A DNA stretch of 63,060 nucleotides, taken from assembly GCA_964460165.1 (NCBI GenBank), contig CAYWPS010000003.1, forward strand, positions 1-63,060, written 5' to 3'. Source of the DNA: an uncultured Ruminococcus sp. (GTDB taxonomy: Bacteria > Bacillota > Clostridia > Oscillospirales > CAG-272). The position numbers and the translations under genes are program-made. Below are positions 37,097-47,691 of the stretch, one piece after another. Every line of letters starts with the position of its first letter. Positions within the stretch are counted from its first letter, which is position 1. The notes beneath the pieces are model-generated. The model saw nothing but the letters and a program-made list of their open reading frames with translations. It searched no databases and had not been told where the DNA came from.

Positions 37097-37107
37097 CTAA
37101 AAATAAT

Positions 37108-37135
37108 AAACTGCCACGTTAAACCGTGGCAGTTT
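37108..37135. terminator. Bidirectional terminator
   Basis: AAACTGCCACG-TTAAAC-CGTGGCAGTTT, a perfect 11-bp stem. Confidence 0.75.
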
Positions 37136-37143
37136 ACTAAATC

Positions 37144-37638
37144 TTAATCAATATCAAAATTGAGAACGATCTGGGATTTCGTAGGCTTGATCTTTGTGAG
37201 CTTTACGCCTGCGGCATTCAGCATGCGCTTGGATGCGTTGTCCGATATAGTACCGTTGTACTTATCCGAGAGGTAGACTACCTCTCTTACACCCGCTTGT
37301 ATGATAGCCTTTGCGCACTCATGACAGGGGAAAAGCGAGACGAAGATGCGCGAGCCCACGAGTGACTTTCCGCCCGCGTTGAGTATGGCGTTAAGCTCGG
37401 CGTGTACTACGAAATTATACTTCGTTTCACCGAGGCTTTCATCTCTGTTCCAAGGGAAGTCGTCATCCGAGCATCCTTGGGGGAAGCCGTTATAACCGGT
37501 AGAGAGTATGCGGTTGTCATCGCTTACGATACAAGCGCCAACCTGCGTGCTGGGGTCCTTGGAGCGATCTGCCGCAAGCAGAGAGACTCCCATGAAATAG
37601 TCATCCCAACCGATGTAATCAGTTCTTTTATTCGACAT
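37144..37638 (-). CDS. comEB: dCMP deaminase (ComEB-type)
   Basis: HAELNAI and PCHECAKAI zinc motifs. 164 aa. Confidence 0.9.
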   Translation of the reverse strand: MSNKRTDYIGWDDYFMGVSLLAADRSKDPSTQVGACIVSDDNRILSTGYNGFPQGCSDDDFPWNRDESLGETKYNFVVHAELNAILNAGGKSLVGSRIFVSLFPCHECAKAIIQAGVREVVYLSDKYNGTISDNASKRMLNAAGVKLTKIKPTKSQIVLNFDID

Positions 37639-37719
37639 AATATATCTCCAATCATTTCAATAGAACAAGTATATCATATAAAAAAAGTCTTGTCAATATT
37701 TTTTCGGAAAGGAGGCGCT

Positions 37720-38607
37720 ATGGATATATTTTCTTCATATACCGCGTGCGAGCTTTGCGCGCGCAGGTGCGGTGTTGACCGTACGGCCGGCAGCGTCGGT
37801 TTTTGCAGGTCGTCGGATAAAATGCGAATAACACGCGCCGCCCTTCATTTTTGGGAGGAGCCTATCATATCCGGCACGCGAGGCTCGGGCACTGTCTTTT
37901 TTTCGGGCTGCTCGCTCGGATGCGTCTATTGTCAGAATTCGAGCATATCCCGCGCCCCTGTAGGCGTTGAGGTCGCGCCCGAGGAGCTGGCGCGTCAGAT
38001 GATCAGGCTTGAGGGGGAGGGGGCGCACAATATTAATTTCGTGACTCCGACTCATTTCGCGCCCGGAATTGCTGAGGCAATACGCATATCGCGTAGGGCA
38101 GGGCTCTCCGTGCCCATTGTCTACAATACGGGCAGCTACGATACGGTGAAAACCGTGCGTGAGCTCGACGGGCTTGTCGATATATATCTTCCGGATCTTA
38201 AGTATTACCGCTCCGCGAGCGCTGAAAAGCTCTCTTACGCGAAGGATTATCCCGCCGTCGCGCGCGACGCTATCACCGAGATGGTGAGGCAGCGGCCGCG
38301 CCCGATCGTTGAGGATGGAATTATGCGCTCGGGAGTAGTGGTGAGGATACTTCTCCTACCCTCTCACGTCGCTGAGGCGAAGCTCTCTGTCAGGTATCTC
38401 TACGAGACTTACGGCGACTCGGTATACCTAAGCCTCATGAATCAGTACACACCGATGAAGGGGGTGACCTCACCTCTTGACAGAACGGTTACCAACGCCG
38501 AGTACTCAGAGCTTGTTTCTTACGCCGAGCGTATAGGTGTCACAAAGGCCTTTATTCAGGAGGGCGGTACGCAGTCCGAAAGCTTTATTCCCGATTTTAA
38601 AACATAA
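37720..38607 (+). CDS. Radical SAM protein (PflX-like, pyruvate-formate-lyase-activase-related)
   Basis: CSLGCVYCQN (Cx3Cx2C). Start at MDIFSSY (37720) with a GGAGG RBS. Confidence 0.8.
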   Translation: MDIFSSYTACELCARRCGVDRTAGSVGFCRSSDKMRITRAALHFWEEPIISGTRGSGTVFFSGCSLGCVYCQNSSISRAPVGVEVAPEELARQMIRLEGEGAHNINFVTPTHFAPGIAEAIRISRRAGLSVPIVYNTGSYDTVKTVRELDGLVDIYLPDLKYYRSASAEKLSYAKDYPAVARDAITEMVRQRPRPIVEDGIMRSGVVVRILLLPSHVAEAKLSVRYLYETYGDSVYLSLMNQYTPMKGVTSPLDRTVTNAEYSELVSYAERIGVTKAFIQEGGTQSESFIPDFKT

Positions 38608-38675
38608 AACAGATGTTTTATACGATCGTATAAAAACGAGCGGAAGCGATGTTATTACAACGCCTCCGCTTATTT

Positions 38676-39977
38676 TTACGCCTTTTTAACTTCCTTGTCC
38701 CTCTGTCGATAGAACTTAGAACGTTTTTTCTTTATATAAATATTATACGAGCACGCGGCGACGAGCGCTACCACTATGGTGATGCTGCTTACGTGCACCC
38801 ATATTTCCACGTCGGTCTCGGTCTTGAGCTGCTCCCACAGACCGTTGACGTACTGTTGCATATCCTCGCCGTATATCTCCTCATTGGAGAAGCTGTGATA
38901 GTATTCCGCGCCTAGCTCCTCATACGAGCTTCCGTAGAGGATGTCGTACGCCTCCTCACCCATTTCCTCCTTGTAATAGTCGTTGTCTCTTACAAGAGTG
39001 TTTGGAGAAGCGTAGCCGACGTACAGGGCGTTTGCTATCGCTGCCTGCTCGGATAGCATGAAGTTGATGTATTCCTTTGCGGCATCCTTGTTATGCGAGG
39101 ACTCGGGAATACACATCGCGTCAACGAATATGTTCGTTCCTTCCTCCGGGTAATAGAACCTAAGATCTTCGTTGTCGTATGACATGGTGATATAGTCTCC
39201 GGCAAAGTAGGGTGCTATCGTAGCGGATGCGGAGGTCATCTTGTTGAAGATCTCGTCGTTTACGTATCCCTGAAGGATATTCTTCTGCTCCTTCATATAG
39301 CCGAGAACCTCTGCCCACTCGTCTCTGTCCGCTGTGTTTATATCGATTCCGTGATAGAACATAGCGGTCGCGAAGGCGTCTCTCGGGTTATTGAACTGCA
39401 GTATCTTTCCCGCATAGTCCTCGTTCCAAAGCAGCGCCCAGGATTTATTCCTGATCTCACCGTTCTCGTCCAGATCCTCGGGATTCATAAGAGCCTGATT
39501 GTATATGATACCTACCATACCGTAGGTATACGGTACGGAATACTGCTCCTCGGTGTCGTAATAAAGACCCTTGAACTCATCCGCAATATACTTATAGTTG
39601 GGAATTTCCTCAGCTACGTTGAAGCTGTGGAGCATACCCTCGTCCGCCATACGCTGGAGCATATAGTCAGAGGGGAAGATAACGTCGTACACACCCTCGC
39701 CCGATCCGCTGGAGAGCTTACTGTACATGTCCTCATTTGTAGCGTAGGTGGTGTAGTTTACCTTTATCGTGTAGCCGTATTTTGACGCGAGAGTCGTATT
39801 GAAGTATTCCTCGAACATCGCGTTAGTGTCATCCATGCCCTCAAAGCCGTCCGAGATATACTCACCCCAGTTATAGACGTTGAGGATAACGACATCGTCC
39901 TTATTCTTGCACGAGGTGAGAGGGAGCAGGGCAGACAAGACTATGACAAGGACTAACATAAGTGCTGTTTTTCTCAT
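38676..39977 (-). CDS. potD: Spermidine/putrescine ABC substrate-binding lipoprotein PotD with an extra C-terminal TM segment
   Basis: Lipobox LPLTSC and a PotD-like body. The C-terminal IWVHVSSITIVVALVAACSYNIYI is followed by KKKRSKFYRQRDK. Confidence 0.8.
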   Translation of the reverse strand: MRKTALMLVLVIVLSALLPLTSCKNKDDVVILNVYNWGEYISDGFEGMDDTNAMFEEYFNTTLASKYGYTIKVNYTTYATNEDMYSKLSSGSGEGVYDVIFPSDYMLQRMADEGMLHSFNVAEEIPNYKYIADEFKGLYYDTEEQYSVPYTYGMVGIIYNQALMNPEDLDENGEIRNKSWALLWNEDYAGKILQFNNPRDAFATAMFYHGIDINTADRDEWAEVLGYMKEQKNILQGYVNDEIFNKMTSASATIAPYFAGDYITMSYDNEDLRFYYPEEGTNIFVDAMCIPESSHNKDAAKEYINFMLSEQAAIANALYVGYASPNTLVRDNDYYKEEMGEEAYDILYGSSYEELGAEYYHSFSNEEIYGEDMQQYVNGLWEQLKTETDVEIWVHVSSITIVVALVAACSYNIYIKKKRSKFYRQRDKEVKKA

Positions 39978-40795
39978 TTTCTTGCCGCCTTTCTCTTTTT
40001 TCTCTCCTCCTCGCGTCCGCTTCTCACGTTAGAGAAGACGAGAAGCGAGAATATAGCGATTATTATGAGAGTTGAAAGCGCGTACATATCCGGCGTTACC
40101 TTCTTCTTCGTCATGGAGTATATAAGAAGGGGAAGGGTCTGGAACTTCGACGAGCCGACGAAATATGAAATGACGAAATCGTCGAGCGAGAGCGTAAACG
40201 CCATAACGAAGCCGGAAACCACGCCGTGCATGATATTTGGGAGCTTTACCTTGAGAAATGCCTGCATGGGGGTGCATCCCAAGTCGAGCGCCGCCTCAGA
40301 GAGAGAGTCGCCGAACTCAGTGATCCTCGGCAGTACCGAAAGGATGACGTATGGCAGGCAGAACGTGATGTGAGCGATAAGCATCGCCACAAAGCCCATA
40401 TCGTCGTAGGAAATGCGTAAAATGCCCGCTACGACTACGAAGAACAGCATCATGGACATACCGGTTACGATATCCGGGTTCATCATCGGTATATTCGTCA
40501 CTGAGTTGATCGCCGCTTTTAAGAACTTGTTCTTCATTTTATAGATTCCTTCTGCTGCGGCAGTACCGATAACGGTCGCTATCGTAGCAGAGGATACCGC
40601 GAGAATAAGGGTGTTGCGAAGCGCGGTGAAGGTGTCGGGGGAGTTAAAGAGCTCCTTGTACCATCTGAAGCTGAAGCTGCCGAACACCGCAGTGGAGTTC
40701 TCCGAGTTGAAGGAGAAAAATATGAGCGTAAGGATCGGAATATAAAGAATACCGAAGACGAGGATGAGATAGGCTGTACTGAGCTTCTTTTTCAT
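39974..40795 (-). CDS. potC: Spermidine/putrescine ABC permease PotC
   Basis: 273-aa six-TM permease with the EAA-type loop (SLSEAALDLGCTPMQAF). Start and stop overlap with its neighbours. Confidence 0.85.
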   Translation of the reverse strand: MKKKLSTAYLILVFGILYIPILTLIFFSFNSENSTAVFGSFSFRWYKELFNSPDTFTALRNTLILAVSSATIATVIGTAAAEGIYKMKNKFLKAAINSVTNIPMMNPDIVTGMSMMLFFVVVAGILRISYDDMGFVAMLIAHITFCLPYVILSVLPRITEFGDSLSEAALDLGCTPMQAFLKVKLPNIMHGVVSGFVMAFTLSLDDFVISYFVGSSKFQTLPLLIYSMTKKKVTPDMYALSTLIIIAIFSLLVFSNVRSGREEERKKRKAARK

Positions 40796-41640
40796 ACGAT
40801 GATACCCCCTTCGTCCGCGTCGCTGAACTTATTCATTATTCCAAGCGAAATAAGAATGAGGATCATCATTACAAGCGAGATAGCCGCGCCCGTGTTAAGA
40901 GCACCGGATACGAACTGTCTTTCAATTGTGTCACCTATAAGCTCGAATGTGCCTCCGCCAAGCTTTTGAGAAATATAGAAGGTGCTGATAGAGGGGACGA
41001 ACACCATCGTAATTCCCGATATGACTCCCGAGAGGGAGAGAGGAAATATAACTCTGGTGATTACCTGGAAGGTGTTGCAGCCGAGGTCGCTCGCCGCCTC
41101 CCACATATGCTTATCTATTTTTGATATGCAGGTATAGATGGGGAGCACCATGTAGGGCAGGAAGTCATATACCATACCGAAGATGACCGCGCCCTTAGTA
41201 CCGATAATGCGGAGCTCGGTGTTAAGGAGCTGATTGAGGAATCCTCCGTCGTCGAGTATCGCCATTATCGAGTAGGTTCTTATGAGAAGGTTTGTCCACA
41301 TAGGGAGCATCAGAAGCATTATGTACAGCTTCTGCTTTTTTGCGGGAGCCTTGGCGATTATATAGGCTAAGGGGTATCCCACGAGGAAACAGATGAAGGT
41401 AGCGAGCACGGATAGCTCGAGCGACAGACCAAATAGCTTCGCGTAGTTCTTGAGTGATGCAAGATTAGCGAGGGTGAATGACCCTGTTTCATCTGTAAAA
41501 GCATAAAACACAACGATAATCAGCGGCAGAATGATAAATAGTATCGCCCAAAAGATATGGGGAGCTGCTGTGATCGATTGCATTACAGACCTTTTCTTTT
41601 TCATTTCATTTATATCCCACAGGAGCAAAAAACGCTCCAT
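40792..41640 (-). CDS. potB: Spermidine/putrescine ABC permease PotB (start uncertain: 41640 or 41604)
   Basis: Permease with the EAA loop (MWEAASDLGCNTFQV). No strong RBS at either candidate start. Confidence 0.8.
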   Translation of the reverse strand: MERFLLLWDINEMKKKRSVMQSITAAPHIFWAILFIILPLIIVVFYAFTDETGSFTLANLASLKNYAKLFGLSLELSVLATFICFLVGYPLAYIIAKAPAKKQKLYIMLLMLPMWTNLLIRTYSIMAILDDGGFLNQLLNTELRIIGTKGAVIFGMVYDFLPYMVLPIYTCISKIDKHMWEAASDLGCNTFQVITRVIFPLSLSGVISGITMVFVPSISTFYISQKLGGGTFELIGDTIERQFVSGALNTGAAISLVMMILILISLGIMNKFSDADEGGIIV

Positions 41641-41668
41641 TCCATTTTCAAAAATTATTTTTTAAAAA

Positions 41669-42787
41669 TCAGAATTCCTCTGCCGCGTCGGCATCTGAGA
41701 GCTGGTCGATCTCATCGGAGAAGGATGAGTAGTCACCGAACTTGCCGGAGTACTTGGACTTCTTCATAATGTGGATGGCATCAGGCTCGATATATACGCC
41801 TATGGTCGCCTCCGGGGCAACGTAGTCTGTGGACTGGATCATCCACTTGAAGCCCTTGATATCCACGATTATCTCGTAGTGCACGCCCTTGAAGGTCACC
41901 GACGTTACCTTGCCGGTGAGCATGCCCTTGTCGGGAGAGACAACGTCTACGTCTTCGGGGCGGATAACAACGTCTACGGGCTCGTTGGGCTCATAACCTC
42001 CGTCCACGCAGTCAAATACGTGAGAGGCGAGCTTGACCTTCTTATCCTCGAGCATTATGCCGTCGATGATATTACTTTCACCTATGAAGTCCGCGACGAA
42101 TGCGTTTTTGGGCTCGTTATATATATCGGTGGGGGTGCCTATCTGCTGTATCTCACCGTCAGCCATAACCACGATGGTATCGGACATCGAGAGCGCCTCC
42201 TCCTGATCGTGAGTTACGTAAACGAATGTGATCCCGATAGCCTGCTGGATGGTCTTTAGCTCATTCTGCATATCCTTACGGAGCTTGAGGTCGAGCGCGC
42301 CGAGCGGCTCGTCAAGCAGGAGAACTCGCGGATGGCTTACGAGTGCGCGCGCGATGGCGACTCTCTGCTGCTGACCGCCCGAGAGTGTGCTGACGCTCTT
42401 GTTCTCGAAGCCTACGAGCGCTACCATCTTGAGCATATCCGTGACCTTAGCCTTTATATCCTTCTCGGATACCTTTTTGAGCCTTAAGGGGAATGCGATA
42501 TTCTCGTAAACGTTGAGGTGAGGGAACAGTGCGTATTTCTGAAATACGGTATTTATGTGCCTCTTGTACGCGGGGACATCGCTTATTTCAACGCCGTCAA
42601 AATAGAGCTGACCCTCGTCGGCGCTTTCAAAACCGCCGATGATACGCAAGGTAGTGGTCTTGCCGCATCCCGACGGGCCGAGAAGAGTGATAAATTCCTT
42701 ATCTCTTATGTAGAGATCCATAGAATCGATAACCTTTTCGCCGTCATAAGACTTTGAAATTCCTTTTAACTCAATGAGCTTTGCCAT
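41669..42787 (-). CDS. potA: Spermidine/putrescine ABC ATPase PotA
   Basis: Walker [10 protein letters not shown], signature LSGGQQQR, Walker B LLLDEP, and a C-terminal TOBE-like domain. Confidence 0.9.
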   Translation of the reverse strand: MAKLIELKGISKSYDGEKVIDSMDLYIRDKEFITLLGPSGCGKTTTLRIIGGFESADEGQLYFDGVEISDVPAYKRHINTVFQKYALFPHLNVYENIAFPLRLKKVSEKDIKAKVTDMLKMVALVGFENKSVSTLSGGQQQRVAIARALVSHPRVLLLDEPLGALDLKLRKDMQNELKTIQQAIGITFVYVTHDQEEALSMSDTIVVMADGEIQQIGTPTDIYNEPKNAFVADFIGESNIIDGIMLEDKKVKLASHVFDCVDGGYEPNEPVDVVIRPEDVDVVSPDKGMLTGKVTSVTFKGVHYEIIVDIKGFKWMIQSTDYVAPEATIGVYIEPDAIHIMKKSKYSGKFGDYSSFSDEIDQLSDADAAEEF

Positions 42788-42882
42788 TTTTCGAAATCAC
42801 ATACCCTTTCTTTAGATGATCGACCGCATTGGCTTATTTATAAATGCGCGTGTCGGATTTTGTCAAATACGTGGATAGGGTC

Positions 42883-42911
42883 ATTATAACAAAAACTATA
42901 TGCTTTTGCAA
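42883..42911 (-). promoter_or_regulatory. Sigma-A-type promoter for potABCD
   Basis: Minus strand: TTGCAA (42906-42911), 17-nt spacer, TGtTATAAT (-10 at 42883-42888). Confidence 0.65.
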
Positions 42912-43037
42912 TACTTTTGACCAATTTTTTTCAAAAATATTTTGAATTAGCCGTGATTAGACGAAATTAGCCACGGTTTTTCAGGCTAAAAACCGCAAAA
43001 AGCTCTTAAAAACTCTCAAAAGCTCGTTTTTTCTCGT

Positions 43038-43670
43038 TTATTCTCTGAAAATGTCATACTTGCCAAATTTCACAAGCTTCGACAGCGTCATGACGAAAAA
43101 TACACCGAAGATCCAGTAACCCTCGCTGAATCTGTCGATAAGGTAGAGAGATATAAAGGTAACACACACGCTGAAGATAAATGAGAAGATCTCGAGCCCT
43201 TGTATGAGCTCGTCGCGTCCTCGCGCCAGAAAAAGCTGAGACAGCGCCCCGTAGCCGTCGTATCCCTCAAGCGGCAGCAGATTTGAAAGTCCGGTCGCAA
43301 GGTTTACATATCCGAAGATCCTGACGTATCCGTACAGAGCGTCACGGCATAGCAATGTAAGCAAAAATGCCGTTACGTTAAAAAGCGGACCTGCGAGAAG
43401 TATGGAGATCTCCTTGCCGTAGGAGAGCGCTTCCGTGCGCTTTATCCTGAACCCGCTTGCGTGACCCCGGAACTCGCTGTCTTTTCCTGCCAGCAAAGAA
43501 ATAGCCGCCCAGTGCCCGAGCTCGTGTATCACGGCGCTGAGTATGGTCAGTATCGCGACGTACGGCACGTCAAATCCGAATATGATAAGGACCCAAAAAA
43601 TGATAGGGAGCACGGAACCCGACAGGAGCTCCGAGATCTCGATAATGCGGTACCGCGTAAGGCTTTTCAC
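43038..43670 (-). CDS. Small M50/site-2-protease-like membrane metallopeptidase (GTG start)
   Basis: HELGHW (HExxH) lies within a TM segment of a 210-aa polytopic ORF. AAGGAG RBS upstream of the GTG. Confidence 0.6.
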   Translation of the reverse strand: MKSLTRYRIIEISELLSGSVLPIIFWVLIIFGFDVPYVAILTILSAVIHELGHWAAISLLAGKDSEFRGHASGFRIKRTEALSYGKEISILLAGPLFNVTAFLLTLLCRDALYGYVRIFGYVNLATGLSNLLPLEGYDGYGALSQLFLARGRDELIQGLEIFSFIFSVCVTFISLYLIDRFSEGYWIFGVFFVMTLSKLVKFGKYDIFRE

Positions 43671-43745
43671 GCTTTTTTTCTCCTTCTTTTGTAGTGCTAA
43701 ATCATATTACGCCGTTTTCTCTCTTATTACACGTCACGGTAAAAA

Positions 43746-43779
43746 AACGGTCGGCAGAGCTGTTTGTCTGCCGACCGTT
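43746..43779. terminator. Bidirectional terminator
   Basis: AACGGTCGGCAGA ... TCTGCCGACCGTT, a 13-bp stem flanked by AAAAAAA and TTTTT. Confidence 0.8.
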
Positions 43780-43825
43780 TTTATGTTAAAGCCGATTCCG
43801 CTTTTTTCGCAAATGGAATTCTGCG

Positions 43826-44608
43826 TCACCGTATCTTTCTTGGATTCTGAATGAGCAACGGAGACGAAACTCTGATATCGGGGTTCACGCCGTTATCGAT
43901 TATCAGCTCTCCTGTCTTGGAGTCTACGCCGAGCACCTTGTGCGACTTCCATTTTTCGTCGCGGAAATACTTGACGCGCTTTCCTCTCAGCGCGAATTTC
44001 TGAGCGTACGCGCTCATGAATTTCTGCGGAGCTTTCAGATTCTGATAGAACTTGAAGAAGCACGTGAGTATATTTCTTGCTACGATCATGTTCACTGAGG
44101 TGTTTTCGCTTTCAAACACCTTTTTTACCATATCCGCGAGTCTTGGAGGGAAGTTGTCCTTAGAAAGCTTTACGTTGAAGGATACGATAATATATTCGTA
44201 GGTCGTGAAGTTATCAAGCTTTCCTTCCAGTGATACGTTGCCGATCTTGATACCGTCGCAATATATATCACTTACCCATCCGATGCCTATTTTTTTGTCC
44301 GTGTGCTTTTCGAGCGCTGTCGCCATAGCTACCGTTGACATAGCGCCGAGCAGGGAGGCTTGGGACGGGAAGATCGATGGGCGAAGGATGCAGGACATAA
44401 ATATTCCGTACTCCGCTTCTGCTTCCACGTCCTTTTTCACAGATGTCTTTGTCTTTGCGAGCCTATCCGTGAAGACCACGTATCTGTCGGGGTAATGCTT
44501 TTCCGTGGCGTAGTATTTCGCGAGATCTGACGGGGATTTGAGTGAGGAGTGAGCCTCGAAATTGATTATACTGCCGTCAGCTTCTCTGTAAGTCACTATA
44601 CTTTTCAT
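43826..44608 (-). CDS. BirA-like biotin/lipoate protein-ligase-fold protein lacking the GRGRxGRxW loop
   Basis: YGIFMSCILRP...IGWVSDIY...IKIGNVSLEG aligns by eye with the BirA catalytic core. It also has a C-terminal SH3-like tail. No HTH and no GRGRxGR motif. Confidence 0.55.
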   Translation of the reverse strand: MKSIVTYREADGSIINFEAHSSLKSPSDLAKYYATEKHYPDRYVVFTDRLAKTKTSVKKDVEAEAEYGIFMSCILRPSIFPSQASLLGAMSTVAMATALEKHTDKKIGIGWVSDIYCDGIKIGNVSLEGKLDNFTTYEYIIVSFNVKLSKDNFPPRLADMVKKVFESENTSVNMIVARNILTCFFKFYQNLKAPQKFMSAYAQKFALRGKRVKYFRDEKWKSHKVLGVDSKTGELIIDNGVNPDIRVSSPLLIQNPRKIR

Positions 44609-44657
44609 TTTCGAGCGCTCCCTTCTGTCCCAAAGGACGTTTTTTTAATATAATGTA

Positions 44658-46097
44658 TTAGTACGCCTTACCCCAGTAAACGAGCTTCTTTGCCGCTCTG
44701 CCGCAGCATACGCACTTGTCGGAAACGGTTTCTTGATCAAAGGGGACGCAGCGCGAGCCTACACCGGTAAGCTCCTTGACCTTGTCCTCGCATTCCTCGT
44801 CTCCGCACCACATTGCCTTGACGAATCCATCGCCTGCGGTGAGAGCCGCGGTTATCTCGTCGATGCCCGCGCAGGAGTAAGTACGCTTTTCACGGTTTGC
44901 GAGCGCTTTCTCGTACATTCCGTCACGTACCTCAACGAGCTTATCGGCAACGATCTTCTCAAGGTCTGCAAGGGGGGCTAAGGTTTTTTCACGGTTGTGT
45001 CTGGTAACTACCACGAACTGACCGCCCTCAATGTCTCTGGGACCTATCTCAACACGAAGGGGAACTCCCTTCATCTCATATTCGGAATACTTCCATCCGG
45101 GGGACTGATCGCTGTCATCGAGTTTAACTCGGATGCCCGCGGCGGTAAGTCTGTCCTTGATCTCGCGCGCCTTCTCGAGAACGCCCTCCTTGTGGAATGC
45201 TACGGGGATAATAACTACCTGTATGGGAGCAACGGCAGGGGGAAGAACCAGACCGTTGTCGTCTCCGTGAGTCATGATGATGCCGCCGATCATTCTCGTG
45301 GTGCAGCCCCAAGAGGTCTGGTGCGGATACTCAAGCTTGTTGTCCTTGGAGGTGAAGGTTATGTCGAACGCGCGTGCGAATCCGTCGCCGAAATAGTGTG
45401 AGGTAGCCGCCTGAAGTGCCTTACCGTCGTGCATGAGCGCCTCAATACAGTAGGTGTCCTCAGCGCCCGCAAACTTATCCGAGGGGGTCTTGGCGCCCTT
45501 GATAACGGGAATTGCGAGATCCTTCTCGTGGAAATCCGCATAGACGTTAAGCATACGGACGGTCTCCTCGCGCGCCTCCTCGGCGGTAGCGTGCATCGTG
45601 TGACCCTCTTGCCAGAGGAACTCACGCGAGCGAAGGAAGGGACGGGTCGTCTTCTCCCATCTCACGACGGAGCACCACTGATTGTAAAGCTTCGGGAGAT
45701 CTCTGTACGACTTGATCACGTTTGCGTAATGCTCGCAGAAAAGGGTTTCCGAGGTGGGACGAACGCAAAGACGCTCGGCTAGCTTTTCCGAGCCGCCGTG
45801 AGTAACCCACGCAACCTCGGGAGCGAAGCCTGCTACGTGATCCTTCTCCTTTTGGAGCAGGGACTCGGGGATGAACATAGGCATATATACGTTTTCGTGA
45901 CCGAGCTCCTTGAAGCGGGTGTCAAGTATCTTCTGGATGTTCTCCCAAATAGCGTATCCGTAGGGACGGATGATCATGCATCCCTTAACGCTTGAATAAT
46001 CGATGAGGTCCGCCTTCTTTACTATATCGGTGTACCACTTTGCGAAATCCTCATCCATAGAGGTGATCTGTTCAACTAATTTCTTGTTTTCAGCCAT
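44658..46097 (-). CDS. proS: Proline--tRNA ligase (archaeal/eukaryotic-like type, no INS editing domain)
   Basis: 479-aa class II aaRS. N-terminus [36 protein letters not shown]-terminal zinc-binding tail CVCCG...YWGKAY. Confidence 0.9.
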   Translation of the reverse strand: MAENKKLVEQITSMDEDFAKWYTDIVKKADLIDYSSVKGCMIIRPYGYAIWENIQKILDTRFKELGHENVYMPMFIPESLLQKEKDHVAGFAPEVAWVTHGGSEKLAERLCVRPTSETLFCEHYANVIKSYRDLPKLYNQWCSVVRWEKTTRPFLRSREFLWQEGHTMHATAEEAREETVRMLNVYADFHEKDLAIPVIKGAKTPSDKFAGAEDTYCIEALMHDGKALQAATSHYFGDGFARAFDITFTSKDNKLEYPHQTSWGCTTRMIGGIIMTHGDDNGLVLPPAVAPIQVVIIPVAFHKEGVLEKAREIKDRLTAAGIRVKLDDSDQSPGWKYSEYEMKGVPLRVEIGPRDIEGGQFVVVTRHNREKTLAPLADLEKIVADKLVEVRDGMYEKALANREKRTYSCAGIDEITAALTAGDGFVKAMWCGDEECEDKVKELTGVGSRCVPFDQETVSDKCVCCGRAAKKLVYWGKAY

Positions 46098-46257
46098 AAT
46101 AAAATAACAAAACCTTTCGAAAACATATTCTTACAGAGTAGATTATATAACAAATATGCGCTTTTGTCAAGAGAAACAGAAAAAATGACGAATGTGAATG
46201 TAAAATTGTCTAAAAAATGGAAAATGCAAGATTTTGAAATCAAATTTGCAAAACGAC

Positions 46258-46286
46258 TTGAAAAATAATGAAAAATGCATTATAAT
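46258..46286 (+). promoter_or_regulatory. Sigma-A-type promoter for the aminotransferase gene
   Basis: TTGAAA (46258-46263), 17-nt spacer, TATAAT (46281-46286). Confidence 0.65.
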
Positions 46287-46376
46287 AATGGAGAAAATAG
46301 AATCTGCCTTTGATAAAATGAATTTTCAGAACTCAAAAAATGCAAAATTCATCATACGAGGCGAAAAGGAAACGTG

Positions 46377-47648
46377 ATGAAAAGATACAGTGAATTTTCA
46401 TTAACCGAGAGACGCGCGCTTTATGACGAGCTCTTGGCAGCTTACAGTGAATACAAGGCGAGAGGACTCTCTCTTGATTTATCGAGGGGTAAGCCTAACG
46501 CGGAGCAGCTTGATATCAGCAACGGACTGCTTTCGGTAGATCTTAAGGGCGATTACAAATCCGCGTCAGGCTTTGACTGCCGCAACTACGGTATGCTTGA
46601 CGGTCTGCCCGAGATGAAAAAGCTTTTTGCCGATACTCTCCGTCTCAGAGCCGATGACGTCATCGTCGGCGGCAACTCATCTCTGCAGCTTATGTACGAT
46701 ACGCTCGCCAGGGCGATGATCTTCGGTGTTTACGGCTCCGAGCGTCCGTGGTGTCGCGAGGATGGACTCAAATGGATATGCGTAGCTCCCGGCTACGACC
46801 GCCATTTCAGAATAACCGAGCTCCTCGGCTTTGAGCTCGTTACGGTGAGGATGCTGCCTACGGGTCCCGATATGGATGAGGTCGAGCGTCTCGCCCTTGA
46901 TCCCAAGGTCAAGGGTATCTGGTGTGTGCCTAAGTACTCCAATCCCACGGGTCAGACCTACTCGGATGAAACCGTCAGACGTCTTGTGGCTATGAAGTGC
47001 GCGGCTCCCGATTTCAGAATAATGTGGGATAACGCCTACGCTATACACGACTTTGACGAGGACGGTGACGAGCTTGCGGATATATTCGCTATCGCCGAGG
47101 AGTATGGCACCGAGGACAGAATATTCTATTATTCGTCGACCTCAAAGGTCACTTATCCCGGCAACGGAGTAGCGATTATGGCGGCAAGCGAGAATAACCG
47201 CCGTCAGATACTGCCGTATTTCGGCGCGCAGACGATCGGCTACGATAAGCTGAATCAGTTGAGGCATCTTCGCTTCTTTGACAATGCAGATAGCGTCAGA
47301 AAGCATATGCTTACTCTCGGCGGGGTGATACAGAAGAAGTTTGAGATAGCCCTCGGACGTCTCGGCGAGCTTCGGGGTCTCGGCATTGCGGAGTGGACGG
47401 AGCCAAAAGGCGGATACTTCATCTCCGTCGACACTATGAAGGGGACGGCGAGGAGAGTCTACGAGCTTACCGCCGAGGCGGGCGTTACCCTGACTTCCGT
47501 CGGTGCGACGTTCCCGTACGGCGTTGATCCTGACGACTCAAATCTCCGCTTAGCTCCAACGTACCCCACCGATGCAGAGCTTGATCTGGCGTGTAGGATA
47601 CTCGTTTTATCCATTAAGCTTGCGGCTCTTGAAAAGCTTGGAGTTTGA
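46377..47648 (+). CDS. PLP-dependent class I/II-fold aminotransferase
   Basis: About 423 aa with LSRGKPNAEQLD and SSTSKVTYPG (Lys-PLP context). ATG at 46377 is preferred over GTG at 46374 (AAGGA RBS). Confidence 0.75.
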   Translation: MKRYSEFSLTERRALYDELLAAYSEYKARGLSLDLSRGKPNAEQLDISNGLLSVDLKGDYKSASGFDCRNYGMLDGLPEMKKLFADTLRLRADDVIVGGNSSLQLMYDTLARAMIFGVYGSERPWCREDGLKWICVAPGYDRHFRITELLGFELVTVRMLPTGPDMDEVERLALDPKVKGIWCVPKYSNPTGQTYSDETVRRLVAMKCAAPDFRIMWDNAYAIHDFDEDGDELADIFAIAEEYGTEDRIFYYSSTSKVTYPGNGVAIMAASENNRRQILPYFGAQTIGYDKLNQLRHLRFFDNADSVRKHMLTLGGVIQKKFEIALGRLGELRGLGIAEWTEPKGGYFISVDTMKGTARRVYELTAEAGVTLTSVGATFPYGVDPDDSNLRLAPTYPTDAELDLACRILVLSIKLAALEKLGV

Positions 47649-47691
47649 TAAAATCGACCTGCGTACTACTGCAAACGAATCGATAAATAAG

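Noticed and set aside
46098-46376. T-box leader upstream of proS, and similarly upstream of metG at 4175-4420.
   Set aside because: Neither leader contains a T-box sequence (AAnnnGGGTGGTACCGCG-like), a specifier-loop architecture or a terminator/antiterminator pair. Both are short, AT-rich promoter regions.
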